From an uncultured Verrucomicrobiae bacterium (GTDB lineage: Bacteria > Verrucomicrobiota > Verrucomicrobiia > Chthoniobacterales > JAATET01), in NCBI GenBank assembly GCA_963719495.1, contig CAVRCI010000005.1, forward strand, positions 1 to 64,000: DNA of 64,000 nucleotides. Reading direction: 5' to 3'. A program made the translations under genes and the position numbers. This document shows positions 39,085-47,833 of this stretch, piece by piece (within the stretch, counting starts at the first letter, position 1; every line of letters begins with the position of its first letter). A model generated the notes under the pieces. That model ran no database searches and was not told the DNA's origin. It saw nothing but the letters and a program-made list of their open reading frames with translations.

Positions 39085-39651
39085 CTACGGCGCAACCACG
39101 ATCCCGGCCCCCGCGACCCCCACGTCCAGCGCTTTGAAGAACTTCCCCGTCCACTGCAACCGCACGACGTTAGGATCACTCGAACCCACTGCCGTGAATT
39201 CCGTGGGGACAAACGGCGATCCCGGGACGTCCGCGACCGGCGTCTTGAGGAGCATCAGCACCGCCTCCTCGTCCGCGAATCCGCTCGCCGCCGCGTTCGG
39301 CACCGTCTCCACGACCTGCCCGTAGTGCGTGACCGCCCGGTTGAGGAATTCCATCGCGTCCCCCGACACGCCGGACTTCGCGGCCGACAACAGCCCGCCG
39401 AGCCGCGGGATCGCGATCGCCGCCAGGATCCCGATCACCGCGATCGTCACCAACATCTCCGGCAACGAAAACCCCCTCCGGCCAGCGGCAGCTCGTCCCA
39501 AATCCGGAGGGCGAGGCTCCGCCAAGCCGTGATCTCCACGCGACGGTCGCAGCGTTTTCAGTCCACACCGTCCCGCAAGGCGCACGCCAACCACGGAAGC
39601 CACGGCTCGGCGGAGCCTCGCCCTCCGATCTGGGGACACGCTTCGCGGCAT
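39085..39651 (-). CDS. prepilin/pseudopilin with a family C REP pair in its extended leader
   Basis: G|FSLPEMLVTIAVIGILAAIAIP. ATG lies 2 nt after the upstream stop. Confidence 0.85.
   Translation of the reverse strand: MPRSVSPDRRARLRRAVASVVGVRLAGRCGLKTLRPSRGDHGLAEPRPPDLGRAAAGRRGFSLPEMLVTIAVIGILAAIAIPRLGGLLSAAKSGVSGDAMEFLNRAVTHYGQVVETVPNAAASGFADEEAVLMLLKTPVADVPGSPFVPTEFTAVGSSDPNVVRLQWTGKFFKALDVGVAGAGIVVAP
39506..39626. repeat. REP-like family C inverted pair inside the prepilin reading frame
   Basis: Arms 39506-39531 and 39601-39626. Confidence 0.92.
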
Positions 39652-39653
39652 AC

Positions 39654-40136
39654 TCAATAGGGCACGGCCGCCCCGCCCTTGGTCAGGTCCAGCTTGCGCA
39701 GCGTCAACACGTCATTCGGCAGATCCATTCCGTAGCCGCCCGGCACGTATCCCGCCAACGTCGCCGGTGCGAACGCCAGATAGGGCGCGGCCAACGCGTA
39801 GCGAGCCGGGTCGTCGGTTGCCCCCGACCACGCGCTGTTCGCGACCGATTTTCCTTTCGCCTGAACGAACGCCGCCGTCGCCAGATTGAGCGCCTCCGCC
39901 CGGGCGATCGCCAGGTGCGTTTCGCTGTCGTCCTTCACTTGCACGATGTTCGGAATCGCCAGGAATACGATCACGCCCACCAAAGCCACCGCCACGAGGA
40001 CCTCGACCAACGAAAACCCGGTGTAGCGGCGGTCTGTGACCGCCGCACTTCTCGTCGACAGCTTGTCGAGCGTTCCCGCTTCACGTCCCCGGCGCTCACA
40101 GAGCGCCGCTACAGGCAAATGCGACCATTCCCTCAT
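39654..40136 (-). CDS. prepilin/pseudopilin with a family B REP pair in its leader
   Basis: MREWSHLPVAALCERR...AAVTDRRYTG|FSLVEVLV. ATGA overlap with the upstream stop. Confidence 0.88.
   Translation of the reverse strand: MREWSHLPVAALCERRGREAGTLDKLSTRSAAVTDRRYTGFSLVEVLVAVALVGVIVFLAIPNIVQVKDDSETHLAIARAEALNLATAAFVQAKGKSVANSAWSGATDDPARYALAAPYLAFAPATLAGYVPGGYGMDLPNDVLTLRKLDLTKGGAAVPY
40022..40113. repeat. REP-like family B inverted pair inside the prepilin leader
   Basis: tgtagcggcggtctgtgaccgccg / cggcgctcacagagcgccgctaca. Confidence 0.92.
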
Positions 40137-40567
40137 GGCCCGACCTGCACCTTGGGGTAGCTCCCCGCCGTCCACGTGGAAAACGTGACGTATTTACCCG
40201 TTTTCTCCATCGCGTCCGTGTTGAGCGCATCGCCGATCGTCGCGTGAGCTTTCAATTGATCTTTCGTCGACTTCGAGATGTAGGGCTCAATCAGGGCAAC
40301 CTTCTGCGCCACGGTTGTCTGCGCCTCGTAGAACGACCTCGCCGCATCGAGACTTCCCCGGCCCGTGACCGAACTCGCCTTGGAAACCCAGGTATTGAGC
40401 GCCTCCTGCAGCACCGCCTGCTGCTGCTTGACGACCACGCCCCGCGCATCCTGCGTCGCATTCGCGAACGAGGCGACCACCATGGACGCCATCACGCCGA
40501 TGATCGCGATTACGATGATCAACTCGATCAACGAAAACGCCCGGAAAGTTGTTGAGCCGATTTTCAT
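40133..40567 (-). CDS. prepilin
   Basis: MKIGSTTFRA|FSLIELIIVIAII. Confidence 0.9.
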   Translation of the reverse strand: MKIGSTTFRAFSLIELIIVIAIIGVMASMVVASFANATQDARGVVVKQQQAVLQEALNTWVSKASSVTGRGSLDAARSFYEAQTTVAQKVALIEPYISKSTKDQLKAHATIGDALNTDAMEKTGKYVTFSTWTAGSYPKVQVGP

Positions 40568-40582
40568 GAAACCTTTCGCCGC

Positions 40583-40611
40583 AAAAGCCCCCGGCGTTTC
40601 CGCCGGAGGCT
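40583..40611 (-). terminator. intrinsic terminator after the putative major pilin
   Basis: Minus strand agcctccggcg-gaaa-cgccgggggct-ttt. Confidence 0.75.
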
Positions 40612-40645
40612 GGTGCGTTACAACGGGGTTGTTTCCCGGTGCAAA

Positions 40646-41062
40646 TTAATCGGCGGTGCCGCCACCTCCCTTTACGTAAGAAAAACCACTTCCAGCAGCG
40701 TAGTTGAGATATTGACGAACATTTGCGTCGTAATCTCCTACCGCCATGTCCAGTTTGTATGAATCCCCGGCAATATCTGGCGTGTCAGCGTCGACCACTC
40801 CAGCGATCATTTTTGTGACAGCCAAAGTCCCTGTACCCTCAGTGAAAGGATACCCCGCGGCACGCGCCGTCGAAGAAACCGAGGCAATCGTTTGTGCGTT
40901 CCGCTGATCGCTCGCAGTATTTGCACCACTGGTCAGCCCAGCAATATTCGGAATGGCGATCGCCGCGATGATACCGATGACGGCGATGACGACGAGGAGT
41001 TCGATCAAGCTGAAGCCCTTGCGGAGTGCAGCTTTCATTCTGAGTGGCGATTTTGTTTTCAT
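40646..41062 (-). CDS. putative major type IV pilin
   Basis: RKG|FSLIELLVVIAVIGIIAAIAIP, own upstream region and terminator, AT-richer 3' half. Confidence 0.88.
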   Translation of the reverse strand: MKTKSPLRMKAALRKGFSLIELLVVIAVIGIIAAIAIPNIAGLTSGANTASDQRNAQTIASVSSTARAAGYPFTEGTGTLAVTKMIAGVVDADTPDIAGDSYKLDMAVGDYDANVRQYLNYAAGSGFSYVKGGGGTAD

Positions 41063-41135
41063 GTGGTTTTGGTTTGTTGGTTGAGGTTTTTCCTAACGCA
41101 ACGAAGAATCCACCACACGAAACCATGCGTCGAGT

Positions 41136-41170
41136 CAGGGAATCCCCTATTTTCTCATAGGGAAACCCTG
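41136..41170. promoter_or_regulatory. imperfect inverted repeat upstream of the pilin; candidate response-regulator site
   Basis: cagggaatcccctat-tttctc-atagggaaaccctg. Confidence 0.5.
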
Positions 41171-41253
41171 TAGCGCCTCAGAAGCAACCAACCCTGGAAC
41201 CGGCTCCAGCCGATCACCAACCCACAGCGCGAAGCGCCTGCCACCTCAACGCA

Positions 41254-41922
41254 TCAAGGCTCGATGATGTGATTGCGGATCGCATACCGCACCAGATCGC
41301 TGAACGTCGCCATCCCGAGTTTCCGCATGACCGCCGCCCGGTGCGTCTCCGCCGTCTTGACGCTGATCCCCAGCGTGGTCGCAACCTCCTTGTTGCTCTT
41401 GCCCTCCGCCAACAACTGCACCGTCTCCCGCTCCCGCAACGTCAGCCGCGATTCCTCACCCGCCTTCGCTTCCCAGCCCTCCGCATCCGCGGTCGCCCCC
41501 GCTTTCAGATAAGCGTCGAAGACCAAGTCGCTCACCTTCGAGCTGAAATACCGTTTGCCCTCGCCCACCGTGCGGATCGCCTTGAGCAGGTGCGTGCCCA
41601 CGTCCGACTTCAGCACGTAACCGGCGGCGCCCGCCTGAAACACCTCGTGCACGAGCCGCTCCGCGTCGTGCATCGTGAAGATGATCACCTTCGAATCCGG
41701 AGCGACCCGCCGGATCTGCCGCGTCGCGTCGATCCCGTTGAGTTCCGGCATAGAGATGTCGAGCAGCACGACGTCGGGCTGCAATTTCTCGGCCTGCTGC
41801 ACCGCGTCCCGCCCGTCGACCGCCTGACCGCAAACGCGACAGCAATCCTCACCTTCGATCATCGCCGCGATCCCCTGCCGCACGATCTCGTGGTCGTCGG
41901 CTATCAGGATTTTCAATTTCAT
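41254..41922 (-). CDS. NarL/FixJ-family response regulator
   Basis: IADDH, LDISMP, LuxR HTH LTLRERE..GKSNKEVA..ISVKTAETHR. Confidence 0.95.
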   Translation of the reverse strand: MKLKILIADDHEIVRQGIAAMIEGEDCCRVCGQAVDGRDAVQQAEKLQPDVVLLDISMPELNGIDATRQIRRVAPDSKVIIFTMHDAERLVHEVFQAGAAGYVLKSDVGTHLLKAIRTVGEGKRYFSSKVSDLVFDAYLKAGATADAEGWEAKAGEESRLTLRERETVQLLAEGKSNKEVATTLGISVKTAETHRAAVMRKLGMATFSDLVRYAIRNHIIEP

Positions 41923-41966
41923 CGCGCGGGGGTTACGGGAGTTTCCCGATGCCGTTTCTACGAAAC

Positions 41967-43013
41967 TCACCCCGCGATCGGATGGCAATCCAAAGAAACG
42001 AACGCCTGCACCTTCGTTCCAGCCGCGCTACCCGTCACCGAAAGGGTCCCGCCGAACTGCTCGATCCGCTCCCGCATTCCCAAGAGACCGACGCCCAAAG
42101 GGGCCATGGCGCCGCCCTCCCCGTCGAGTCCCACCCCATCGTCCGCGACTTGGACGGCCACCCCGGCCTCCAAGGCCTCGATCGAAATCTCCACCCGCGT
42201 CGCGCCCGAATGCCGGTGCACGTTCGACAGCGATTCCTGCACGACGCGAAAGAGCGCGGTGGCCACGTCCGACGGCAGCCGCGGCATCTCCGTCGCCGCC
42301 TTCAAGTCGACGACCGTCCCCGTCCGCTTCGTGAATCCATCGATGAACAGCCGGACCGCAAAAACCAGCCCCACCTCGTCGAGCAGCGGCGGGTGCAGCA
42401 GGTGCGAGATGGTTCGAATCTCGTCGCAGCACTGATTCGCCATTCCGCGCGTCTCGTCGACGATCCGCCGAGCCTGCGGACTCCGGTCGCCCGGCAGACC
42501 GTCGAGAATCGCCAGATTCATCTGGATCGCCGTGAGGACCTGCGCCGTCGAGTCGTGCAATTCCCGGGCGATCCGCCGCCGCTCGTCGTCCTGCGCGGCC
42601 AGCAATTTCCCCGAGAGCTGCCGCCGCTCATCGTCCGCCGCCCGCAACGAGTCGCTGAGCCGCTCGATCTCGCGCGCGAGCAACGACACCTCGTCGCGGC
42701 CCGCCGTCGCGAGCTTCAGCGGCTTCCCGCGCGCCTCCGCAACGCTCCGCTGCAGGTTGCGAATCGGTGCCAGCACCGCCCGGTCCAGCCCGAAAAAAAC
42801 CAGGAGAAACAATCCGCCACCCGCGACGGTGAACGCCACCAGCAGCACGCTCACGAATTGCCGCCGCGTCTCCACCGCCGAAGTCAACGGGTCCATCGCC
42901 GCCCCGCCGTCGAGAAACCCCGCCACCAATTGCGTCGAAAGCACGAACACCCCCGAAAAGAGCAGCACCATCGCGCCCGCGAAAATGAGCAGCGTCTTCG
43001 TGCGAATCTTCAT
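41967..43013 (-). CDS. HisKA_3 sensor histidine kinase
   Basis: Two TM segments, HAMP-like region, ERRRIARELHD, QESLSNVHRH, DDGVG, GLLGMRER. Confidence 0.93.
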   Translation of the reverse strand: MKIRTKTLLIFAGAMVLLFSGVFVLSTQLVAGFLDGGAAMDPLTSAVETRRQFVSVLLVAFTVAGGGLFLLVFFGLDRAVLAPIRNLQRSVAEARGKPLKLATAGRDEVSLLAREIERLSDSLRAADDERRQLSGKLLAAQDDERRRIARELHDSTAQVLTAIQMNLAILDGLPGDRSPQARRIVDETRGMANQCCDEIRTISHLLHPPLLDEVGLVFAVRLFIDGFTKRTGTVVDLKAATEMPRLPSDVATALFRVVQESLSNVHRHSGATRVEISIEALEAGVAVQVADDGVGLDGEGGAMAPLGVGLLGMRERIEQFGGTLSVTGSAAGTKVQAFVSLDCHPIAG

Positions 43014-43021
43014 AATTCAAG

Positions 43022-43079
43022 GGAGTGAGGCCGTCCCGTCCTCATGAATGCATTCGCGCGGACGAGACGTCCCCACTCC
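43022..43079. repeat. REP-like inverted pair (GGAGTG..CGTC.CGTCC)
   Basis: ggagtgaggccgtcccgtcc / ggacgagacgtccccactcc. Confidence 0.7.
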
Positions 43080-43086
43080 GATAAAT

Positions 43087-44352
43087 TCACCGCACCACCC
43101 CCGGCGCGCTCACCGCCGCCGGCGGCTTCGTCTTCGGCAGCATGATCTTGCTCAACGAGAAGATCGGGCCGTAAATCGCGTAAACCAGCAAACCCACGAA
43201 CACCCCCATCACCACGATCGTGATCGGCTCGAGAATCTTGTCGATCTGACCCGCGATCGTGTCCAGGTCGTCCTCGTAGTCCGCCGCGATCTCGTCGAGC
43301 ATCTCGTTCGCGCTGCCGGTCTCCCCCGCGATCTGCATCATCGCCGCCATCATCCGCCCATCCGGTCCGAGCCGCCCCGACTCCTGCAAAAAACTCTCCG
43401 GCAGCGACTCGCCCTCCGCCACGCGGTCACGGATCACCAGAAAAAATTCCCGAAAGTCCACGTGTGAAGAACTCGCCGCCACGATCTCGAGCGCCGTGCT
43501 GATCCGCACCCCCGCCTGCAGCAACATCGCGAGCACGCGGAAACTTACCGCCGCCGCCGACTTCCGAATGATCGGCCCCACCGTCGGCACCTTGACGATG
43601 AACCGCTGCACCGCCGGGATCCGGTAAATTTCCGGCCACTTCTTGAAAAAATAAAACAGCCCCACGAAAGGCAGCACCGCCAGGTAGGGTCGGTGCAGCA
43701 GCAGGTCCGAGAGCCACATCATGGCCCGAGTCGCCAACGGCAACCCCGCGCCCATCGACGCGTAGAGCTTCGCGATCGCCGGCACCAACGTGAAGCTCAT
43801 CACGATCACCACCGTCACCGCGATGAACAGCACGATCGCCGGATAGATCATCCCGCCTTTCAGCTTTTTGATGATCCGGAGCGTCTTCTGGTTGCCCGTC
43901 GCGATGCGCTGACACACCAGCGACAATTGACCCGATTCCTCGCCCGCCCGCACGAGGGCCAGCACGTCATCGGTGAACAGCTTCGGGTAACGCCCGAGCG
44001 CGTCGCTAAATTTTTCCCCCTCCAAGATTTGCTGGATCACCCCCGCGATCGCGCCGCGATACGCCGGCGACTTCACCCGCCCGGCCTGCATCCCGAGCGC
44101 CTTCACCGCCGAAATATTCCGGTCGAGGCAGCGCCCCAACCCCCCGAACAACGCGATGCGATCCTCGATCGTCGGCTTCTTCCCGGTCGAGCGATGCGTG
44201 AATTCGTCCGCGCCCGTGATCGACTTCACGACCGCCGTCTCCGTCACCGCCTTCCCCGATCCCAGGATCGCCAACTCGTCGTCGTCCGTGTCGACCATGA
44301 GGACCGTCCGCTTCGCCGTGATCGTGTCCGTGAGGGTAACCTGCTTCAGCAT
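43087..44352 (-). CDS. PilC/GspF platform protein (second, divergent copy)
   Basis: AGEESGQL, MIYPAIV, ILEP, IYGPIF. Confidence 0.88.
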   Translation of the reverse strand: MLKQVTLTDTITAKRTVLMVDTDDDELAILGSGKAVTETAVVKSITGADEFTHRSTGKKPTIEDRIALFGGLGRCLDRNISAVKALGMQAGRVKSPAYRGAIAGVIQQILEGEKFSDALGRYPKLFTDDVLALVRAGEESGQLSLVCQRIATGNQKTLRIIKKLKGGMIYPAIVLFIAVTVVIVMSFTLVPAIAKLYASMGAGLPLATRAMMWLSDLLLHRPYLAVLPFVGLFYFFKKWPEIYRIPAVQRFIVKVPTVGPIIRKSAAAVSFRVLAMLLQAGVRISTALEIVAASSSHVDFREFFLVIRDRVAEGESLPESFLQESGRLGPDGRMMAAMMQIAGETGSANEMLDEIAADYEDDLDTIAGQIDKILEPITIVVMGVFVGLLVYAIYGPIFSLSKIMLPKTKPPAAVSAPGVVR

Positions 44353-44363
44353 CCGCAAAAAAA

Positions 44364-44786
44364 TCAGCGCACCGTCGGCCGCACCAGCTCCATGTCGTGA
44401 CTCCGCGTCGCGCTCGCGTCGCCGCCCGTCCACGTCCCCGCCGACCACGAACCGGTCGCCGCCGAAGCCCGGACGACCAGCGTGCAAGTCGTCCGCTCCA
44501 TCGACAACCCATCGACGTCGACCAGCACCGCCGGACTCGGCGAGAACGTCACCGACACCACGGCGGGATCCGCCGGGAGCAGAGCCGCAATCTCGTTGGT
44601 GTTCATCCCGAGATGGTAAAGCCGCGCCGCCTGCTCTTGAAGGTTTAACGCCCGCGCGACCCGCGCGTTCGCCTCGCCCTGCGCCGTGACCGCGAGCGTC
44701 ATCGACACCGCCGCCAACACCGCCACCGCGAGGATCGCGCCCGCGACCATCACTTCGACCAGCGAATATGCGCCCTTCCGGCTCAC
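44364..44786 (-). CDS. minor pilin (PilV/GspI-like)
   Basis: MSRKGA|YSLVEVMVAGAIL. GTGA overlap. Confidence 0.8.
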   Translation of the reverse strand: MSRKGAYSLVEVMVAGAILAVAVLAAVSMTLAVTAQGEANARVARALNLQEQAARLYHLGMNTNEIAALLPADPAVVSVTFSPSPAVLVDVDGLSMERTTCTLVVRASAATGSWSAGTWTGGDASATRSHDMELVRPTVR

Positions 44787-46117
44787 GGCGAAAACACCTC
44801 CAACCAGCCGTCCCGCGCCGTGAGCTGATCCAGCAAGCGCGGCTCCGGCTCCCGGGCAAAAGTCAGCGTCCCGGTCGGCACCGTGACGTCCCGATCCGAC
44901 CGCAGACCGCCCCGGATTCCGAGAGCGGGCGAGCTGATGTTCAGAGTCAGCGGGCAATTTTCCAGCGTGAAAATCCCCCGCCATTCAGCCGCCGCCCCCG
45001 ACAGGAAATTAAAGTTCACGCCAGTTCCATCCAGCTTCTTCACCGCGAACACGAGCTTCCGTTCACTGAACCCGGTAAAATCCACATTGACCAAGTCCGG
45101 TGATCCCAACGGCTGAACGAACACGACGAGCAACGCGATGTGGAGATCGGCCGCATCGCCCTCGGCCACGGTCGTCTGACCGGTGAATACGATCCGCGAT
45201 GTATTCCCCTCGATGAAAACGGCCTCCAGATTCGGGTTCGACAAATCGAGCGTCACCGTCCCAGCCCCGTCCGAGCTCCAGCCCACCCCGCTCGTGCCAC
45301 TGGTCCCGTCGACGAGCACCGGGCTCTTCAACTTCGCAAAGAGCTCATTCGGGCCCCCGCCATTCTTGATCACGTTCAACCGCCCGGCGAAATCCGCAGA
45401 CGTCCCGACATCTCCACTCGTCCGCGCGACGAACGGGAAGTTCGCCACCAGCACGTCGGGCGGCAAGCTCGACGGCGCGTTGAAGGTCGTCGCTGAGATC
45501 GAGCCCGCGCCCGCGAACCACACCACCGCTTCACCCAGCACACCGACGGATCCCGACACCAGGGTCGTCGGTGCCGCGTTGAGCGTCGGCTTGTTTCGGG
45601 TCAGCAACGTTCCCGCCAACTCCGGCGAATAAGAACGCAGCAAAACATTCCGGACGGTCGGAAAAGGATCGCCCGCCACCGCGGCCAACGCGACCGACCG
45701 CGTGACCGAGAAACCGGCACCGTCGGCCGGATTAAAGTGATTCCAACCATTCGGACCGACCGTGGACTCGAGCGGAACCAGCGCGGACCCAATCGCCGCC
45801 GTCGACATCACCCCCCAACCACCGCCCACGTCGGCGGTGACCGCCGGCGCGTTTGCGACATTCTTTGTCAGCAGACGCGTCGCGAAATACTGCCGCGCCA
45901 ACGCCGTCGCGTTCAGCTCGGCCACCCGCCGCTGCGAAGCATCCGTCATCGTCTCCACGTAAGCCGTCTCCGCCGACATCACCGCCACCCAACCCGCCGA
46001 CAGCGCCCCGCCCACCAGGATCACCACCAACACAATGAGTAACACCCCTCCCCTTGAGGAGCGGCGATTTTCAATCGCCGAACCAACCCTCAGGCGAAGC
46101 CTCATCCCCCCCCTCAT
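44783..46117 (-). CDS. PilX/GspK-like minor pilin with a family D REP in its leader
   Basis: MRGGMRLRLRVGSAIENRRSSRG|GVLLIVLVVIL, no E5. ATGA overlap. Confidence 0.75.
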   Translation of the reverse strand: MRGGMRLRLRVGSAIENRRSSRGGVLLIVLVVILVGGALSAGWVAVMSAETAYVETMTDASQRRVAELNATALARQYFATRLLTKNVANAPAVTADVGGGWGVMSTAAIGSALVPLESTVGPNGWNHFNPADGAGFSVTRSVALAAVAGDPFPTVRNVLLRSYSPELAGTLLTRNKPTLNAAPTTLVSGSVGVLGEAVVWFAGAGSISATTFNAPSSLPPDVLVANFPFVARTSGDVGTSADFAGRLNVIKNGGGPNELFAKLKSPVLVDGTSGTSGVGWSSDGAGTVTLDLSNPNLEAVFIEGNTSRIVFTGQTTVAEGDAADLHIALLVVFVQPLGSPDLVNVDFTGFSERKLVFAVKKLDGTGVNFNFLSGAAAEWRGIFTLENCPLTLNISSPALGIRGGLRSDRDVTVPTGTLTFAREPEPRLLDQLTARDGWLEVFSP

Positions 46118-47211
46118 AACGCCGGAAACATCGGAACCGCAAAAAACAGCGAAGTCCGCCCCCCCATGCCCGCGTAGCTCGCCCGCGCCTCCGTCGCGCC
46201 GTCGGCCCCCACGGTCGCCGCCCCGAAATCCATCGCCGCCGGATCCGGCCACCAAAGAAAATAAAACGGCCCACCCCGCGCCACCTTCAACCGATCCACG
46301 GCATCACCCTCCACCGACACCCGCCGCGCCGACCGTTCGAACGCCACGACCACCGGACTGAACGCGACCGACCCGCCGCCCGCAATCTCCGGGTAAAACA
46401 CATCGTAAAAATCCGTCATCGCCGTCCCCACGTAGCGCCGCACGCTCACGTAAGTCCCCTTGGGCGAAGTCGTCGTCACGAAATCAACGTCGTAAATCGC
46501 GTGCACTACCAACTCCTCCGGATCCGCCGAAGGTTGCAGCAAAAACACCGACGCGTTCTGAGCCCCCGACGCACCGCGGTAGGACACGAAGGCCGCCGGA
46601 TTCGGGAGCAAAGCCCGAAACGCGTCCGGCGAATCCGTCCCCCGCCCGACCGCACCCGCCGCCACGGCAATAATCTGCGGACGTTGCTCGTTCAGCCCGC
46701 TGCGACCCAGACAGAAGACCGCGCTCGACCGCCCGACATCCTCCCAGAACAAATCGCGCAACCGATCCGCCGCCGCCCGCCGCCCGTAATTCGGAGCCAC
46801 GAACGCGTCCGTCCCCACGGCGTCGAGCCCATAGAAATTGAGCATCGCCGGCTTCCCGATCGTCACGAACTCGAACGTTGCCGTCGCCCGCCGCCCCGCG
46901 CCCAGACTTTGAAAAACGATCACCCCCACCGTGATCACCGCCACCCCGATCGCGAGAGCCACCGCCACCTCCACCAACGAGAAGCCCCTCGTCCAAGGGT
47001 AGGGCAGCCGGGCCCCGGGTGCCGTCGCCTTCACGCTCGCGCGCCCGACCCGACCGATTCGCTCCGCCAAGCCGGGGGTCTCGCGAGATAGCGGTCCCGC
47101 ATCCGAAGAACCTCGCGATTGGTGAAAGAAGTGGGCACCCGGCGGCGCGGCTGCCCTACCCGGGCAACGAAGCCGCCGGCGGCGGCTGAGGCTACCGGGC
47201 GGCGCGAGCAT
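46114..47211 (-). CDS. PilW/GspJ-like minor pilin with a family A REP pair in its leader
   Basis: ...ARLPYPWTRG|FSLVEVAVAL. ATG 47211 has GGAGG upstream; alternative start GTG 47034. Confidence 0.78.
   Translation of the reverse strand: MLAPPGSLSRRRRLRCPGRAAAPPGAHFFHQSRGSSDAGPLSRETPGLAERIGRVGRASVKATAPGARLPYPWTRGFSLVEVAVALAIGVAVITVGVIVFQSLGAGRRATATFEFVTIGKPAMLNFYGLDAVGTDAFVAPNYGRRAAADRLRDLFWEDVGRSSAVFCLGRSGLNEQRPQIIAVAAGAVGRGTDSPDAFRALLPNPAAFVSYRGASGAQNASVFLLQPSADPEELVVHAIYDVDFVTTTSPKGTYVSVRRYVGTAMTDFYDVFYPEIAGGGSVAFSPVVVAFERSARRVSVEGDAVDRLKVARGGPFYFLWWPDPAAMDFGAATVGADGATEARASYAGMGGRTSLFFAVPMFPAL
46997..47161. repeat. REP-like family A inverted pair
   Basis: gggtagggcagccgggccccgggtgcc / ggcacccggcggcgcggctgccctaccc. 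Confidence 0.88.
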
Positions 47212-47833
47212 CTTTCGCCACCTCCCGCGGCTGCTTGGTCACGACCATCGGCACCCGGCTTCCGTTCGCTCCCGCCGCCGCGGAGCCGCCGCTCAGCGCC
47301 TCCGTCACGCGCGGCTCCAGCCGGATCGGGATGAAGATCTTCCGCGTCGGCTCGCTTGGCTGCGTCTCGATCCACTCGATTTCCATCACCGTTTCGAAGA
47401 TTTGGACCACCCGCAGCGTCTGCGTCTGACCCTCGAGCACGGGCGGAAGCGTCGTCCCATTCTCCAGGATCAAATCGCCGAAGAGCACCTTCCACCCATC
47501 CGCGCCCCGCGTCCGCCCCGTCACGCGCAGTCCGTCCAGCACGGCGCGGATCTGATTCTCCTCGCTGGCCGTGTTGTCCGGAGCCTCTTCGATCTCGAGC
47601 TTCGGCACCTCTTTTTTGGCAAATGGATTCCGCGCCGTCTCCGCCACCGACGCCGCCCGACGATCACCCGGCAGGATCCCGACCGCATCCGCGACGTCCT
47701 GCGACCAACCCGTTGACAAAAACGTCAGCGAGACCAAGGCGGCGACCAACCATCTCGCGATCCCCGCTCCCGGCCCATCCGCGGAATCCGCAAAATCCGC
47801 GGTCCAAAAAAATTCACCGTCCGAGGTCTTCAT
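47192..47833 (-). CDS. PilP-like/alignment-complex hypothetical protein
   Basis: ATGA-coupled, hydrophobic signal, RNPF motif. Leader contains an ATCCG-type repeat (TADFADSAD). Confidence 0.65.
   Translation of the reverse strand: MKTSDGEFFWTADFADSADGPGAGIARWLVAALVSLTFLSTGWSQDVADAVGILPGDRRAASVAETARNPFAKKEVPKLEIEEAPDNTASEENQIRAVLDGLRVTGRTRGADGWKVLFGDLILENGTTLPPVLEGQTQTLRVVQIFETVMEIEWIETQPSEPTRKIFIPIRLEPRVTEALSGGSAAAGANGSRVPMVVTKQPREVAKDARAAR

Noticed and set aside
36907..39660. 917-aa plus-strand ORF (likewise 52266-53912, 58862-60976 and 54554-55981)
   Set aside because: Antisense shadows of real genes in high-GC DNA; no recognisable motifs.
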